From Myxococcota bacterium (GTDB lineage Bacteria > Myxococcota_A > Polyangia > Nannocystales > Nannocystaceae), in assembly GCA_039194325.1 (NCBI GenBank), contig JBCCWC010000003.1:96001-160000 (forward strand): a DNA stretch of 64,000 bases. Direction: 5' to 3'. Below the pieces are notes generated by a model that saw nothing but the letters and a program-made list of their open reading frames with translations, searched no databases and was not told the origin of the DNA. Of the stretch, positions 1 to 9,005 are shown piece after piece (the stretch's first letter is position 1; the number at the start of each line of letters is the position of its first letter). Both the position numbers and the translations under genes were made by a program.

Positions 1-651
1 GCAGTTCTTGGAGAGGTAGTGCCCGTAGGCCTGCTCTTCGAGCGCGGCTTGATCGCCCGAGGCGATCGCCTGGGCGATCTCGTCGGCTCCCGAGGGCTGG
101 AGCGGCGTCAACGAGCACACGGTGCCCGGGATCGAGGTATCACAGTCTGGATCTTCGACCGGGTACGAGCCGACCCGAGCGAGTCGATCGGGCTGGATCC
201 CGGCCAAGAACAGGGTGGGATAGTAGTGCCCCGCGTTGGTGACCATGATCGAGCTGGGCATGGTCGCAACGTTGGCGGGGTGGCACTGTCCGCAGGTATC
301 GTCGACCGCGCGGATGTCTCCAGGATTGATGAAGCGAACGTAGTCGGGATCGAGCTGGTCGAGCTGATCGGGGGCAAAGTCGCGGATGAAGCCGAAGGGG
401 GCAGGGGGAAGGCCAGTACCCCGGATCTCCGCCCAGTTCTCGGGCACGGGCACGTGGGCGGCCTCCTTGGTAGAGGCGGTATCGTCGCCGCCGTGGCATA
501 TGACGCAGTTGTCCGCGGCGATGGGGCCGTGGGCTTGCTCGATTCCCTGGTGACAGCTGAGGCAACCCGCCTCGGCGGTTGGGTTGCGCTCGCAGCTAGC
601 AAGCAACAAAACGGTCCATAGCCCCACCAAACATTGCGATCGCACGCGCAT
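1..651 (-). CDS. Multiheme c-type cytochrome lipoprotein (runs off the left edge of the window; not in the ORF track)
   Basis: Manual translation from ATG at 651: MRVRSQCLVGLWTVLLLASC (lipobox LASC), then CLSCH, CVICH, CGQCH; frame stays open to base 1 and ends in ...YLSKNC. Confidence 0.85.
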   Translation of the reverse strand, partial: MRVRSQCLVGLWTVLLLASCERNPTAEAGCLSCHQGIEQAHGPIAADNCVICHGGDDTASTKEAAHVPVPENWAEIRGTGLPPAPFGFIRDFAPDQLDQLDPDYVRFINPGDIRAVDDTCGQCHPANVATMPSSIMVTNAGHYYPTLFLAGIQPDRLARVGSYPVEDPDCDTSIPGTVCSLTPLQPSGADEIAQAIASGDQAALEEQAYGHYLSKNC

Positions 652-711
652 GAAAATTTCTCGACGCTCGTCTAGTTCGCCAATTAGGTACTTCGTGAGT
701 CGGGTACGTAG

Positions 712-1251
712 TTAGTTGCCGACGTTGAGCGTCACCGCCTGTCGAGCCGTAGCGCTGGTTCCCTCGGCGTCGGTGACGGTGACCACCAGCTCGACCCGCT
801 GACCATCGAGACCGAGCAGATCGTCGTTGGTGGAGTACTTATCGGGATCGAAGCCCACCACCGCGCCGTCGTAGCGACCGCCCTCGCCGGCCTCGCACAG
901 CAGCGCGGCTCCTTCGAGCAAGAAGGAGCCATCGTTGACGCCATCGACCTCGACGTCCATAAGGATGTCGGCGCTCGCTGCATCGCCGGCGGCGAGCGCG
1001 TCGGTCTTGATCACCACGGTGACCCCAAAGCCGCCCTGGGGCGCCACCGAGAGGCCGACCGCTTCGCCATCTTCGTAGGAGGTAAACGCACCGCCGACAC
1101 CCTTACCCAGCACCACCCCGGGATCGGAGCCCGAGCGGCACGGGTCGGGAGGTTCGGGGTCGCCGTCGCAGCCCATCGAGGGTGATGCGAGCAGCGCGAC
1201 CGGCAGCAGTGCGCGCCCCAAAGTCAGGCTCCCCAATCCAATCCTCGGCAC
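712..1251 (-). CDS. Hypothetical lipoprotein
   Basis: 179-aa ORF with hydrophobic N-terminus and Cys at SMGC, acidic beta-rich body, GC-rich third positions. Confidence 0.7.
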   Translation of the reverse strand: MPRIGLGSLTLGRALLPVALLASPSMGCDGDPEPPDPCRSGSDPGVVLGKGVGGAFTSYEDGEAVGLSVAPQGGFGVTVVIKTDALAAGDAASADILMDVEVDGVNDGSFLLEGAALLCEAGEGGRYDGAVVGFDPDKYSTNDDLLGLDGQRVELVVTVTDAEGTSATARQAVTLNVGN

Positions 1252-1487
1252 GAGGTCAGCCTACCACTGCCTCACGTCGGGCGCCGTTGCGGCCGTGCGC
1301 GCAATGAATTCCGCCGCTCCTTGCCCGCCTCTTGCCCGCCCGAGCCGGCTCACTCCATGTGCGAGTCCACGCATCCGCGGACCCGACGCGCTCACCGCCG
1401 CCGTCGGGACTATGGAGACCAAACCGACTCCAAGCCCCGCCGCGGTACGAAGCACGGAAAAATCGGAGCTGCCAGCCCCGAATGCCG

Positions 1488-1841
1488 CTATTGATCCTTC
1501 TTGGCCTCGGACGCTCGTGTCCTCTCCACTTGCGTTCCAAAAAGGTAGGCCGCAGTGCTCGTCATCACTGAAATGGCCGCGGTCTTTGGATCTTGAATCA
1601 ACCAGAACACTGCGGCAACAAAGAACAAAAGGAACGCAAAATAGTCACGCCGCCTCCCCCTTCGAAAGGAACTAAGCGCGGCCTCTTGACTTAACCGGAG
1701 AGCCTTATTGTCACTCTCGAGCTTGGTCAACCTCCGGGAAAGATCTCTGTTCCGCCGGGTGACGACCGGCAAGGCACTCTCATTGAGGTAACCGATATCG
1801 TCAATCGATAGTTTGCTTGAACTATCAGACTGATCCGTCAT
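1488..1841 (-). CDS. Small coiled-coil protein with two predicted TM helices (low-GC patch)
   Basis: 117 aa; coiled-coil-like LSRRLTKLESDNKAL, hydrophobic YFAFLLFFVAAVFWLI and AAISVMTSTAAYLFG; ATGA overlap with upstream gene. Confidence 0.65.
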   Translation of the reverse strand: MTDQSDSSSKLSIDDIGYLNESALPVVTRRNRDLSRRLTKLESDNKALRLSQEAALSSFRRGRRRDYFAFLLFFVAAVFWLIQDPKTAAISVMTSTAAYLFGTQVERTRASEAKKDQ

Positions 1842-2074
1842 TGAACTGCACGTATACGATCAGGGACCAATCCTGGTAGTTCTACGTGGAGTTCTTCTTC
1901 ATCTCTTGCCAGGAATACATCGTAGCCCTCGCGACGCTTTCTGACGTACCAGTCGAAGAATTGCAGTGCGTTTCGGATTACTTCTGCGTTGGAGGCTGCT
2001 TCTGTCGCTATTGCAATGGACCGGATTCGCTCCATCGCAGTCTCAGAGAACTCTACTTGGACCTTCTTTGACAT
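1838..2074 (-). CDS. Ribbon-helix-helix (CopG-like) DNA-binding protein
   Basis: 78 aa; KVQVEFS beta strand followed by two helices with SNAEVIRNAL, the typical RHH pattern. Confidence 0.7.
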   Translation of the reverse strand: MSKKVQVEFSETAMERIRSIAIATEAASNAEVIRNALQFFDWYVRKRREGYDVFLARDEEELHVELPGLVPDRIRAVQ

Positions 2075-2600
2075 TTCTCGTCTTCTTCATCTATCGAACG
2101 AAGCTAACTTTGTATCCCACCGACCAAGACACAAGGCTCTACTTCGCCTAGTTCTACGGAGATTTCTCTTCCTCAATACTTTCGCTTCGAGGAGATCTAA
2201 GAGAGATCTTTCGCTTGCGTCGATTTCTTGCTCGACGTTCAATGATGACCTCGACCAGTTCTACGACATGACCGACTGTTATATACTCTTCAATGCCCTC
2301 TTGACCATTGTTCTTGTTCGAGCTCTCCATGTTCCCCCGATTACCTGTTCTCGATTCTCGTGCGTAGTCATTGATGTGCCCCTCTCCATCTTGGACAATG
2401 CCCAAGGGTACTTGCTCAAAAGGAGCATATCTCTCTACCCTGTAAATTCAATGATTTTCTCCTCATTTTTTAAGGAGGCATCAACCAACAGTAATTTCAA
2501 ACCCATAGAGGTTGCGCCACTCACGCACAATCGGCGCCTAGCGCGCGACCTTTTCGCCAATTATTCTATCATCCAAAGCTAGGTTATTCCTCCCCCGCCC

Positions 2601-3773
2601 ATGACCAAGCGCATCGTGGTCCAAAAGTACGGCGGCTCCTCGGTCGCCGACACCGACAAGATCATGCAGGTCGCCCGCCGGGTGGTTCGAACCCGCAAAG
2701 AAGGCTTCGACGTGGTGGTCGTGGTGTCGGCCATGGGCAAGACCACCGACCAGCTGCTAGCCCGCGCCAAGGAGCTGACCGCCTCCCCCTCGCGTCGCGA
2801 GCTGGACATGTTGCTGTCGTGCGGCGAGCGAGCGTCGATGGCGTTGCTGTCGATGGCGATCCACGAGCAGGGCCACGAGGCGATCTCGCTGACCGGCTCC
2901 CAGTCGGGGCTGATGACCAACAGCCGCCACTCGGGCGCGCGGATCATCGAAGTCCGGCCCTACCGGGTCCAAGACGAGCTCGACGACGGCAAGATCGTGA
3001 TCGTCGCCGGCTTCCAGGGCGTCTCGTACAAGCGCGAGGTGACTACCCTGGGGCGTGGAGGCTCCGACACTACCGCAGTGGCCCTGGCCGGCGCGCTGAG
3101 AGCGGAGTATTGCGAGATCTGCTCCGACGTGGACGGGGTGTATAGCGCCGACCCGCGGGTGATCGACGCAGCGACCCTCATCGAGGCGATCTCGCACGAG
3201 CAGATGCTCGAGCTCGCATCGCACGGGGCCCGGGTGCTGCACGACGAGGCGGTAGAGTTCGCGCGCCGCTCGGGCATCGCCCTGTGGGCGCGGGCCACCG
3301 CGGGAGATGGAGGCGGGACCCGGATCGATCGCCCCGGACAGATCGATCGTGGTCCATCGGTCACCGGGGTGACGGGGCAGCGCAACCTGGTACGCCTGAG
3401 GGCCCGGGTGAGCCAGTCCATGGATCACATGCTCGCAGTCGCGGCCGATGCTTCGCTGCCCGTGCTGCACCTCGACGCAGATCACGAGATCGCCGACCTG
3501 TGGTTTTCGCCCACCGACGTGCCAGACTGGGCGGCGGTGCGCGAGAAGCTGCTCGGCCAGGTCGAGATCGAAGAAGGCTGCGGAGCGGCCTCGGTGGTGG
3601 GTGATTTCTTCGGGCGCAACGCGGCCAAGCTGGCGCGGGCGCGATCGGTCGCGGCCGGAGCTGGGATCCAGCTCAAGGCCCTGGCCACCTCGCCGCTGCG
3701 GGCCACGCTCTTTTGCGCCGAAGACGACGTGGACGAGCTGACCCGGTCGCTTCACCGAGCATTCCGCGAATAG
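2601..3773 (+). CDS. lysC: Aspartate kinase
   Basis: [42 protein letters not shown]-terminal ACT-like region. Confidence 0.95.
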   Translation: MTKRIVVQKYGGSSVADTDKIMQVARRVVRTRKEGFDVVVVVSAMGKTTDQLLARAKELTASPSRRELDMLLSCGERASMALLSMAIHEQGHEAISLTGSQSGLMTNSRHSGARIIEVRPYRVQDELDDGKIVIVAGFQGVSYKREVTTLGRGGSDTTAVALAGALRAEYCEICSDVDGVYSADPRVIDAATLIEAISHEQMLELASHGARVLHDEAVEFARRSGIALWARATAGDGGGTRIDRPGQIDRGPSVTGVTGQRNLVRLRARVSQSMDHMLAVAADASLPVLHLDADHEIADLWFSPTDVPDWAAVREKLLGQVEIEEGCGAASVVGDFFGRNAAKLARARSVAAGAGIQLKALATSPLRATLFCAEDDVDELTRSLHRAFRE

Positions 3774-3788
3774 CCGAGCCTTTGCGGC

Positions 3789-5342
3789 TCACTGCACCGG
3801 AAGCCGTGTCGGGAAGTCGGTGGGCAAGGCCATGACCTCGGAGCGCCCGAGCATCTCGACCTCGAGGTGTCGGGCGAGCGCGCGGAGCTCTGGCGGGGGA
3901 CCGTCGAGACACACGGGACCCACGCGGCGCTGAAACAGCTTGAGCGCCTCGCGATGAGGCTCGCCCGCCGCCGTGATCCGCCCGTGCTCGCCCGCCAGCG
4001 AGCGACACGCCTGATAGAGCGCCAGCGTCGGCGACGGGCTCCACGCCATGCTGGCCAGGTATCCCGACAGCTCGGCGCGTGATGAGATCCCCATGTGCTC
4101 GGCACACGATGCACACGCCAGTGGCTCGTCGAACCCCTCGACCAGCCCATCATCGGCGAGGTGACGCGCCTCGTGCACGGCCACGTGCTGGGCGGTCCAG
4201 GCCACCAGCTCTTGCAGCGCGGCCAAGAGCTCCGGATCGGGGTGGAGCGCCTCGGAGGCCTCACCCAGCGCCCAGACCTCGCCCAGCGTGATCCCAGGGC
4301 ACGCCCGCTCGGCGTGGCGCAACGCCACGTCTTCGAGGCGACCCAGGCGTTCCTCTGAAAAGCCGGACCACGGGACGTCGTTGATGCGAAAGCCGCTGCC
4401 GCAGGCCGCTCGCCGCCGCTCGATCGCGCGGAGCGTCCGGGTGATCGCCCAGCGAGCCTTGGCCGAAGCCGCCAGGCGATCCAGGGCCGCCGCCGACAGC
4501 TGGCGCCGCGCCTCGGCACGCACGGGCCCCGCGAAATTGCGACGCCCGTCGAGCTCCAGCTCGAGCCAGGGGTCGAGCAGCGGCCACACCTCGGCGGCCG
4601 CAAAGTCCAGCAGTCGATCGATCACCAAGACCGCGCCATCGTGCCCGGCCGCGCCCAGGTATTGCTCGCGAAGGTTGGTACGATCGATCCGCGACACCAG
4701 CTGGACCCGATAGGCGCTTGAGCCCAGGCCCACCATGGCATTCGAGTGGATCTCGTAGATCCCCGCCGAGAAGATCGGGCCGAGCTTACTGCCGCGGATC
4801 GTCCCTTGGATCAAGAACGGCGCCTGATGCTGGCCGAGGTAGTGGCTCCACGCCCAGCTCAGGTAGAGCGCACGCCGGGGATCCTCGGCCAGCCGACTCG
4901 GAGCCGACAGGTCGTGCAGCTCATCGAGCAACATCGCTAGGTTGGGGTCGGGAGCGACGGCCGCCCGTAGCGCTTTGAAGGCCGCCTCTTCGGGCGACGC
5001 CCCCAGCCCTCGGGTACGGCGGCTACGAGCGATGAGCCAGTGCGGCAGCAGCTCGGTGTGCACCCGTCGCAGGTCGACCTGGTCGGGCGCTGGCGCATGA
5101 GGCGGCTGGTAGAGCCGTTGACCGCGCCAGTCGATCTCGTCGCGCGCCCAGCTGCGTACAACCGGCACCCGCCACAGCAACGTGACCGCCACCGAGAGCA
5201 ACACCAACCCGGCCAGAGCCCACCGCCACCGCACCCGCCCACGCCGACCGGGCTGGGGTGGGAGATCCGCGGGGATCTCGGTACCTGGTGACAATTCGGG
5301 GGGCGGAAATTCGGGGGGTGACAATTCGAGGGAAGACGACAC
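3789..5342 (-). CDS. Membrane-anchored hypothetical protein with zincin-like HExxH motif
   Basis: ORF 3789..5420, likely GTG start near 5342 (uncertain); one N-terminal TM; HVAVHEARH plus downstream RAELSGY. Confidence 0.6.
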   Translation of the reverse strand: MSSSLELSPPEFPPPELSPGTEIPADLPPQPGRRGRVRWRWALAGLVLLSVAVTLLWRVPVVRSWARDEIDWRGQRLYQPPHAPAPDQVDLRRVHTELLPHWLIARSRRTRGLGASPEEAAFKALRAAVAPDPNLAMLLDELHDLSAPSRLAEDPRRALYLSWAWSHYLGQHQAPFLIQGTIRGSKLGPIFSAGIYEIHSNAMVGLGSSAYRVQLVSRIDRTNLREQYLGAAGHDGAVLVIDRLLDFAAAEVWPLLDPWLELELDGRRNFAGPVRAEARRQLSAAALDRLAASAKARWAITRTLRAIERRRAACGSGFRINDVPWSGFSEERLGRLEDVALRHAERACPGITLGEVWALGEASEALHPDPELLAALQELVAWTAQHVAVHEARHLADDGLVEGFDEPLACASCAEHMGISSRAELSGYLASMAWSPSPTLALYQACRSLAGEHGRITAAGEPHREALKLFQRRVGPVCLDGPPPELRALARHLEVEMLGRSEVMALPTDFPTRLPVQ

Positions 5343-5487
5343 AGCAGACCCGGCGTGGCGAGAGCCCCGCCGGGGAGCACGGACACCAGGGCAAGCGCGC
5401 AGGTTTCCTCGCTCGGCCACAAACCTCGGCCCGGGGCTCGAGCGCGGCTAGATCGAGCCCACCAAAAACAAGGGAGGCGCGCCGCGC

Positions 5488-7311
5488 TCAGTCGTTGCGC
5501 GCGGCGATGAACGCCTCGATCTCGGTATCGTCGCTGTCCGACACCACCATGCGCAACCGATAGACCTGCGCCTCGTCGTCCGCGAAGTAGAGGATCGTCT
5601 CCCCAATAGACAGCGCGACCTTCTCGTGGGACTCGTCGCGAAGGCCGGCAAACTGCAGCTGGGAGACCTTCTGGGTCAGCTCGGCGTCGGCGAAGAAGCC
5701 GGGATCGCCGTAGGGATACTCGACGTTGGTGGGAAGATCCTCGGCGGCCACGAAGAACAGGTACCTCCCACCGTCGTCGCCTCGTCGGTAGTAGAAATCA
5801 ACGGGATCGTTGTTCTCACGATAGGTGCCCAGCAACAGATCCGACAGGAGCCCCGCTTGCTCTTGGAGGTAGGGCTTGACCGCCTCGATGGCTTCGTCGC
5901 CGGTCAGCCCGACCGGCACGTCCCGCACGGTGAAGGCCACGTTGGCGGCGCCCTCGGGGAACGTCTCGAAGGGGGTCTGGTGCAGCGCGACCTGGGCCAC
6001 CTCGAGCACCACCTCCCACAAGTACTGGTCGCCGGGCGGATCGCCCAGGCCACCGGCGACCTCATAGTGAAGCCAGCCCAGCGGCGCGCCTTCCTGGCCG
6101 ATGTGTACCTGAGCCAGCGAGTTGACGTAGATCGCAAAGTACATGCGATCGCCGTAGTCACGATGCGCAGCCGAGGTGATCACGTACTCGAGCGTGTGTT
6201 CGGGTAGTGCCCAGACCGAGCTTTCGTCGACCGGGGACCCGGGCATGTTGTCCTGGCAGGGTGGATCGCCCACGCACGAGACCACGAAGCCGTTGTACTC
6301 GGCCAGACCCACCCGCAGGTCGACCGCGAGGTCGTCGACCAAGCCCTCGAGCGCGAAGCGGTCGGGGTCTTCGAAGTCGAACTCGAGCTCGTCGTCGAAC
6401 GAGGGACCCACGCGGTCGTCCACCAGGGTAACGAAGCCCTTGCCGGCGCTGGCATCGACCCCGTCCATGATCCGCAGGTTGGAGTCGGCGCTCACCACCA
6501 TCCGGAAATCGGGGCCGAAGACCTCCCCGCTGACCTCACCCGCGATGATCCCCGGGTGATCCCCAGCTGGCCCATAGCGCTCGGCCAAGGGCGCGAGATC
6601 TTCGAGGGCATCGGCCAGCGTCACCTCAAGCTCGAGGTCGTCGGTCGCCTCCGGGTGCGATCCCACGAAGTGCTCGCGCAGCGCCTCCACCATCGACGCA
6701 TCGGAGACCACCGGCTGCGTGCGACCCACCCCGAGCGTGTCGGCCAGCACCTCACTGAATGGATCGATCTCCCCCACGCCCGCCAGCGCATCGACCAAGT
6801 TGGCGAGGCTCTCGGTCGACGTGCCGGTGACGTCCGCATTGGCCGGCGTCATGGTCAGCAGGCGAACCAACGCGTACTCGGGGCTCGATGTCCACGGAAC
6901 CTTGCCTCCGCCAAAGGACTGGCCCAACTCGGTCAGATCGCAATCGTGGTTGGGGTTGGGGTCGTCCTGCTCCCACTCGGTGCCGCAGGCGTTGCGGAGG
7001 GCCTCGATCGTCCCCTGCAGCAGCGGCGACGGGTCGAGGCTGAGCAGCCGGATGTTGTCCGCCTCGGCGCCAAACAGGTCGGAGACCTCGTCGCGAGTCA
7101 TCGACAACATCAACGGCGGCGGCTCCTGCTCGTTGAGACGCAGCGGGATGCTCTGCTCGGGCCCGAAGTTGGCGTCGGCCGGGTCCTCGGTGGTGCTCCC
7201 ATCCTCGCCGGTGGTCGATTCAGGGGTCATTCCCGGGTCATCCGTGCCACAACCGGCAAGCAAAGCCAGGGACGCGGTGACGAAGCGTAAGCGTTTCACG
7301 ATGCCCACCAA
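5488..7311 (-). CDS. Large acidic hypothetical lipoprotein
   Basis: 607 aa; lipobox LLAGC; host-like codon usage. Confidence 0.75.
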   Translation of the reverse strand: MVGIVKRLRFVTASLALLAGCGTDDPGMTPESTTGEDGSTTEDPADANFGPEQSIPLRLNEQEPPPLMLSMTRDEVSDLFGAEADNIRLLSLDPSPLLQGTIEALRNACGTEWEQDDPNPNHDCDLTELGQSFGGGKVPWTSSPEYALVRLLTMTPANADVTGTSTESLANLVDALAGVGEIDPFSEVLADTLGVGRTQPVVSDASMVEALREHFVGSHPEATDDLELEVTLADALEDLAPLAERYGPAGDHPGIIAGEVSGEVFGPDFRMVVSADSNLRIMDGVDASAGKGFVTLVDDRVGPSFDDELEFDFEDPDRFALEGLVDDLAVDLRVGLAEYNGFVVSCVGDPPCQDNMPGSPVDESSVWALPEHTLEYVITSAAHRDYGDRMYFAIYVNSLAQVHIGQEGAPLGWLHYEVAGGLGDPPGDQYLWEVVLEVAQVALHQTPFETFPEGAANVAFTVRDVPVGLTGDEAIEAVKPYLQEQAGLLSDLLLGTYRENNDPVDFYYRRGDDGGRYLFFVAAEDLPTNVEYPYGDPGFFADAELTQKVSQLQFAGLRDESHEKVALSIGETILYFADDEAQVYRLRMVVSDSDDTEIEAFIAARND

Positions 7312-7441
7312 CGTAGCAGGGCCCCGACGCGACCACCACGCGATCGACGTTGGGAATCGGAATCATGAACATTGCGTCATGCGCGCGTGTGCTTGTTGGT
7401 ACGACTCGACCCGAACAAACGGCACATAGATGTCATGCTTT

Positions 7442-8077
7442 TCACTCGACCACGAGCCGCGCGACTGGGACGGTGAGATCCTCGACCGGGTCGACCGCAT
7501 AGGCCGACGCGATCGCGCCCTGGAGATGGACCAGCAACAGCTGCAAGAGCTGCTCGCGCTCGAGCGCGGGATCTCGCAGCCAATCCACGCACGCGGTCTC
7601 CACCCCGCCGATCCACGCCCGCAGCGACAAGCGATACGCCGGCCGCGGCGCGCTCAGGCCCATGTCGGCGAGCATCGCGTCGACCTGCGCGTTGCGGGCT
7701 TGCTCGAGGATCTCGAAGATCTCCGGATCCGCGCCCAGACCCCCGTTGACCAGGGCCGTATACGAATCGGCGTGGTCTTCCACGAAGCGCAGGTACGCGC
7801 CCAGACCGGCCAGGGCACGGGACGGCGGAGGGAGCCGCGAGTCGGGCTCGATCGCTTCGAGTAGCCGCCGGGCCCCATCGCGCACCACCGCCACGTAGAA
7901 CGCCCGCTTGCCCCCGAAATAGTGGTAGAGCAGCCCCTTGGATACGTTGGCCGCGCGCGCGATGTCGTCGATGGAGACCTCGTCGTAGGACCGTGTGCCG
8001 AACAGCTGCAGGCCCAGCTCGAGCAACTGGGCGCGTCGGCTGTCCATGTCCAGGCGGCTGCGTAGCGGCGATCCCAC
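7442..8077 (-). CDS. TetR/AcrR family transcriptional regulator
   Basis: RRAQLLELGLQLFGTRSYDEVSIDDIARAANVSKGLLYHYFGGK HTH; start GTG 8077 or ATG 8047. Confidence 0.93.
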   Translation of the reverse strand: MGSPLRSRLDMDSRRAQLLELGLQLFGTRSYDEVSIDDIARAANVSKGLLYHYFGGKRAFYVAVVRDGARRLLEAIEPDSRLPPPSRALAGLGAYLRFVEDHADSYTALVNGGLGADPEIFEILEQARNAQVDAMLADMGLSAPRPAYRLSLRAWIGGVETACVDWLRDPALEREQLLQLLLVHLQGAIASAYAVDPVEDLTVPVARLVVE

Positions 8078-8095
8078 CAAGACGAGGATGCCCGC

Positions 8096-8146
8096 GAGTT
8101 GACCCCAGTTCAACTCGATGCTAAGCCTAACTTGAACCTGATTCAA
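8096..8146 (+). promoter_or_regulatory. Promoter with two TTGA-N7-TCAA inverted repeats (probable TetR operators)
   Basis: GAGTTGA-CCCCAGT-TCAACTC (8096-8116) and TTGAA-CCTGA-TTCAA (8132-8146); -35 TTGACC, 17 bp spacer, TGn-TAAGCC -10 pointing at 8155. Confidence 0.7.
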
Positions 8147-8154
8147 CAACGAGG

Positions 8155-8994
8155 ATGACCATGCCCGACGGATCGGTCCCCAAGGCGGATGGCGCGGTGA
8201 TTCCCCGCGTCCGCAAGATGGGTTTTTCCTTTGCGGACGTACCGCGCCGCTGGTTTTACGACAGCACCTTCGTGACGGCCACGGCCAACGCGCTGAACCT
8301 GATCTTTCCAGCGGGGGAGCGGTTCTTCGTGCGCAGCGTCAAGCACTACCTGCCACAGATCACCGATCCGGTCTTGCGCGCTCGGGTGCGGGCGTTCTTT
8401 GGTCAGGAGGGCAGCCACGGTCATGAGCACGAGCACGCCTACGAGGTGCTCGAGTCGCAGGGGTACGAGATCCGTCGCTGGCTGGAGTGGTACCAGCGCG
8501 TGGCGTTTGAGCAGCTTGAGTCTCGCGTACCGGCCAAGCTGCGGCTGTCGACTACGGTGGCGCTCGAGCACCTCACCGCGGCGCTGGCCGAGCGAGCGCT
8601 GAATACGGATTTCTTCAACCACGCCCATCCTGCGATGCGGGATCTGATGCTGTGGCACGCAGCCGAAGAGCTCGAGCACAAGTCGGTGGCGTTCGACGTG
8701 CTCCAGCAGGTCGACCCACGCTACTGGGTGCGCGTGACGGGGATGGTGATGGGCATCGCGGTCTTGATGGGGTTTTGGACCTCCGGGACGAAGATGCTGC
8801 TCGAGCAGGAGGTCGGGTACAGCAAGGAGGACCTTCAGCGCGAGCGGAAGGAGGCGCGTGCGCGGGGGCAAGACCGCATGCCGCTATACAAGGCGATGCT
8901 GTCGTATTTTCGGCCCGGGTTTCACCCTGACCAGCAAGACACCAACGGGCTGTTCGAAGGGTACTTGCGGAAGATCGGGCGGCTGGAGGGGTAG
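8155..8994 (+). CDS. Predicted metal-dependent hydrolase (ferritin-like, ExxH motifs)
   Basis: FPAGERFFVRSV, FFGQEGSHGHEH, ALEHLTA, WHAAEELEHKSVAFD, YFRPGFHP. Confidence 0.9.
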   Translation: MTMPDGSVPKADGAVIPRVRKMGFSFADVPRRWFYDSTFVTATANALNLIFPAGERFFVRSVKHYLPQITDPVLRARVRAFFGQEGSHGHEHEHAYEVLESQGYEIRRWLEWYQRVAFEQLESRVPAKLRLSTTVALEHLTAALAERALNTDFFNHAHPAMRDLMLWHAAEELEHKSVAFDVLQQVDPRYWVRVTGMVMGIAVLMGFWTSGTKMLLEQEVGYSKEDLQRERKEARARGQDRMPLYKAMLSYFRPGFHPDQQDTNGLFEGYLRKIGRLEG

Positions 8995-9005
8995 GCCGAC
9001 CAGGA

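Noticed and set aside
19..621. 200-aa + strand ORF
   Set aside because: Antisense to the multiheme cytochrome frame
1989..2582. 197-aa + strand ORF and the 2154..2405 ORF
   Set aside because: The first is antisense to the RHH gene with no motifs; the second lacks a clear start or recognisable features
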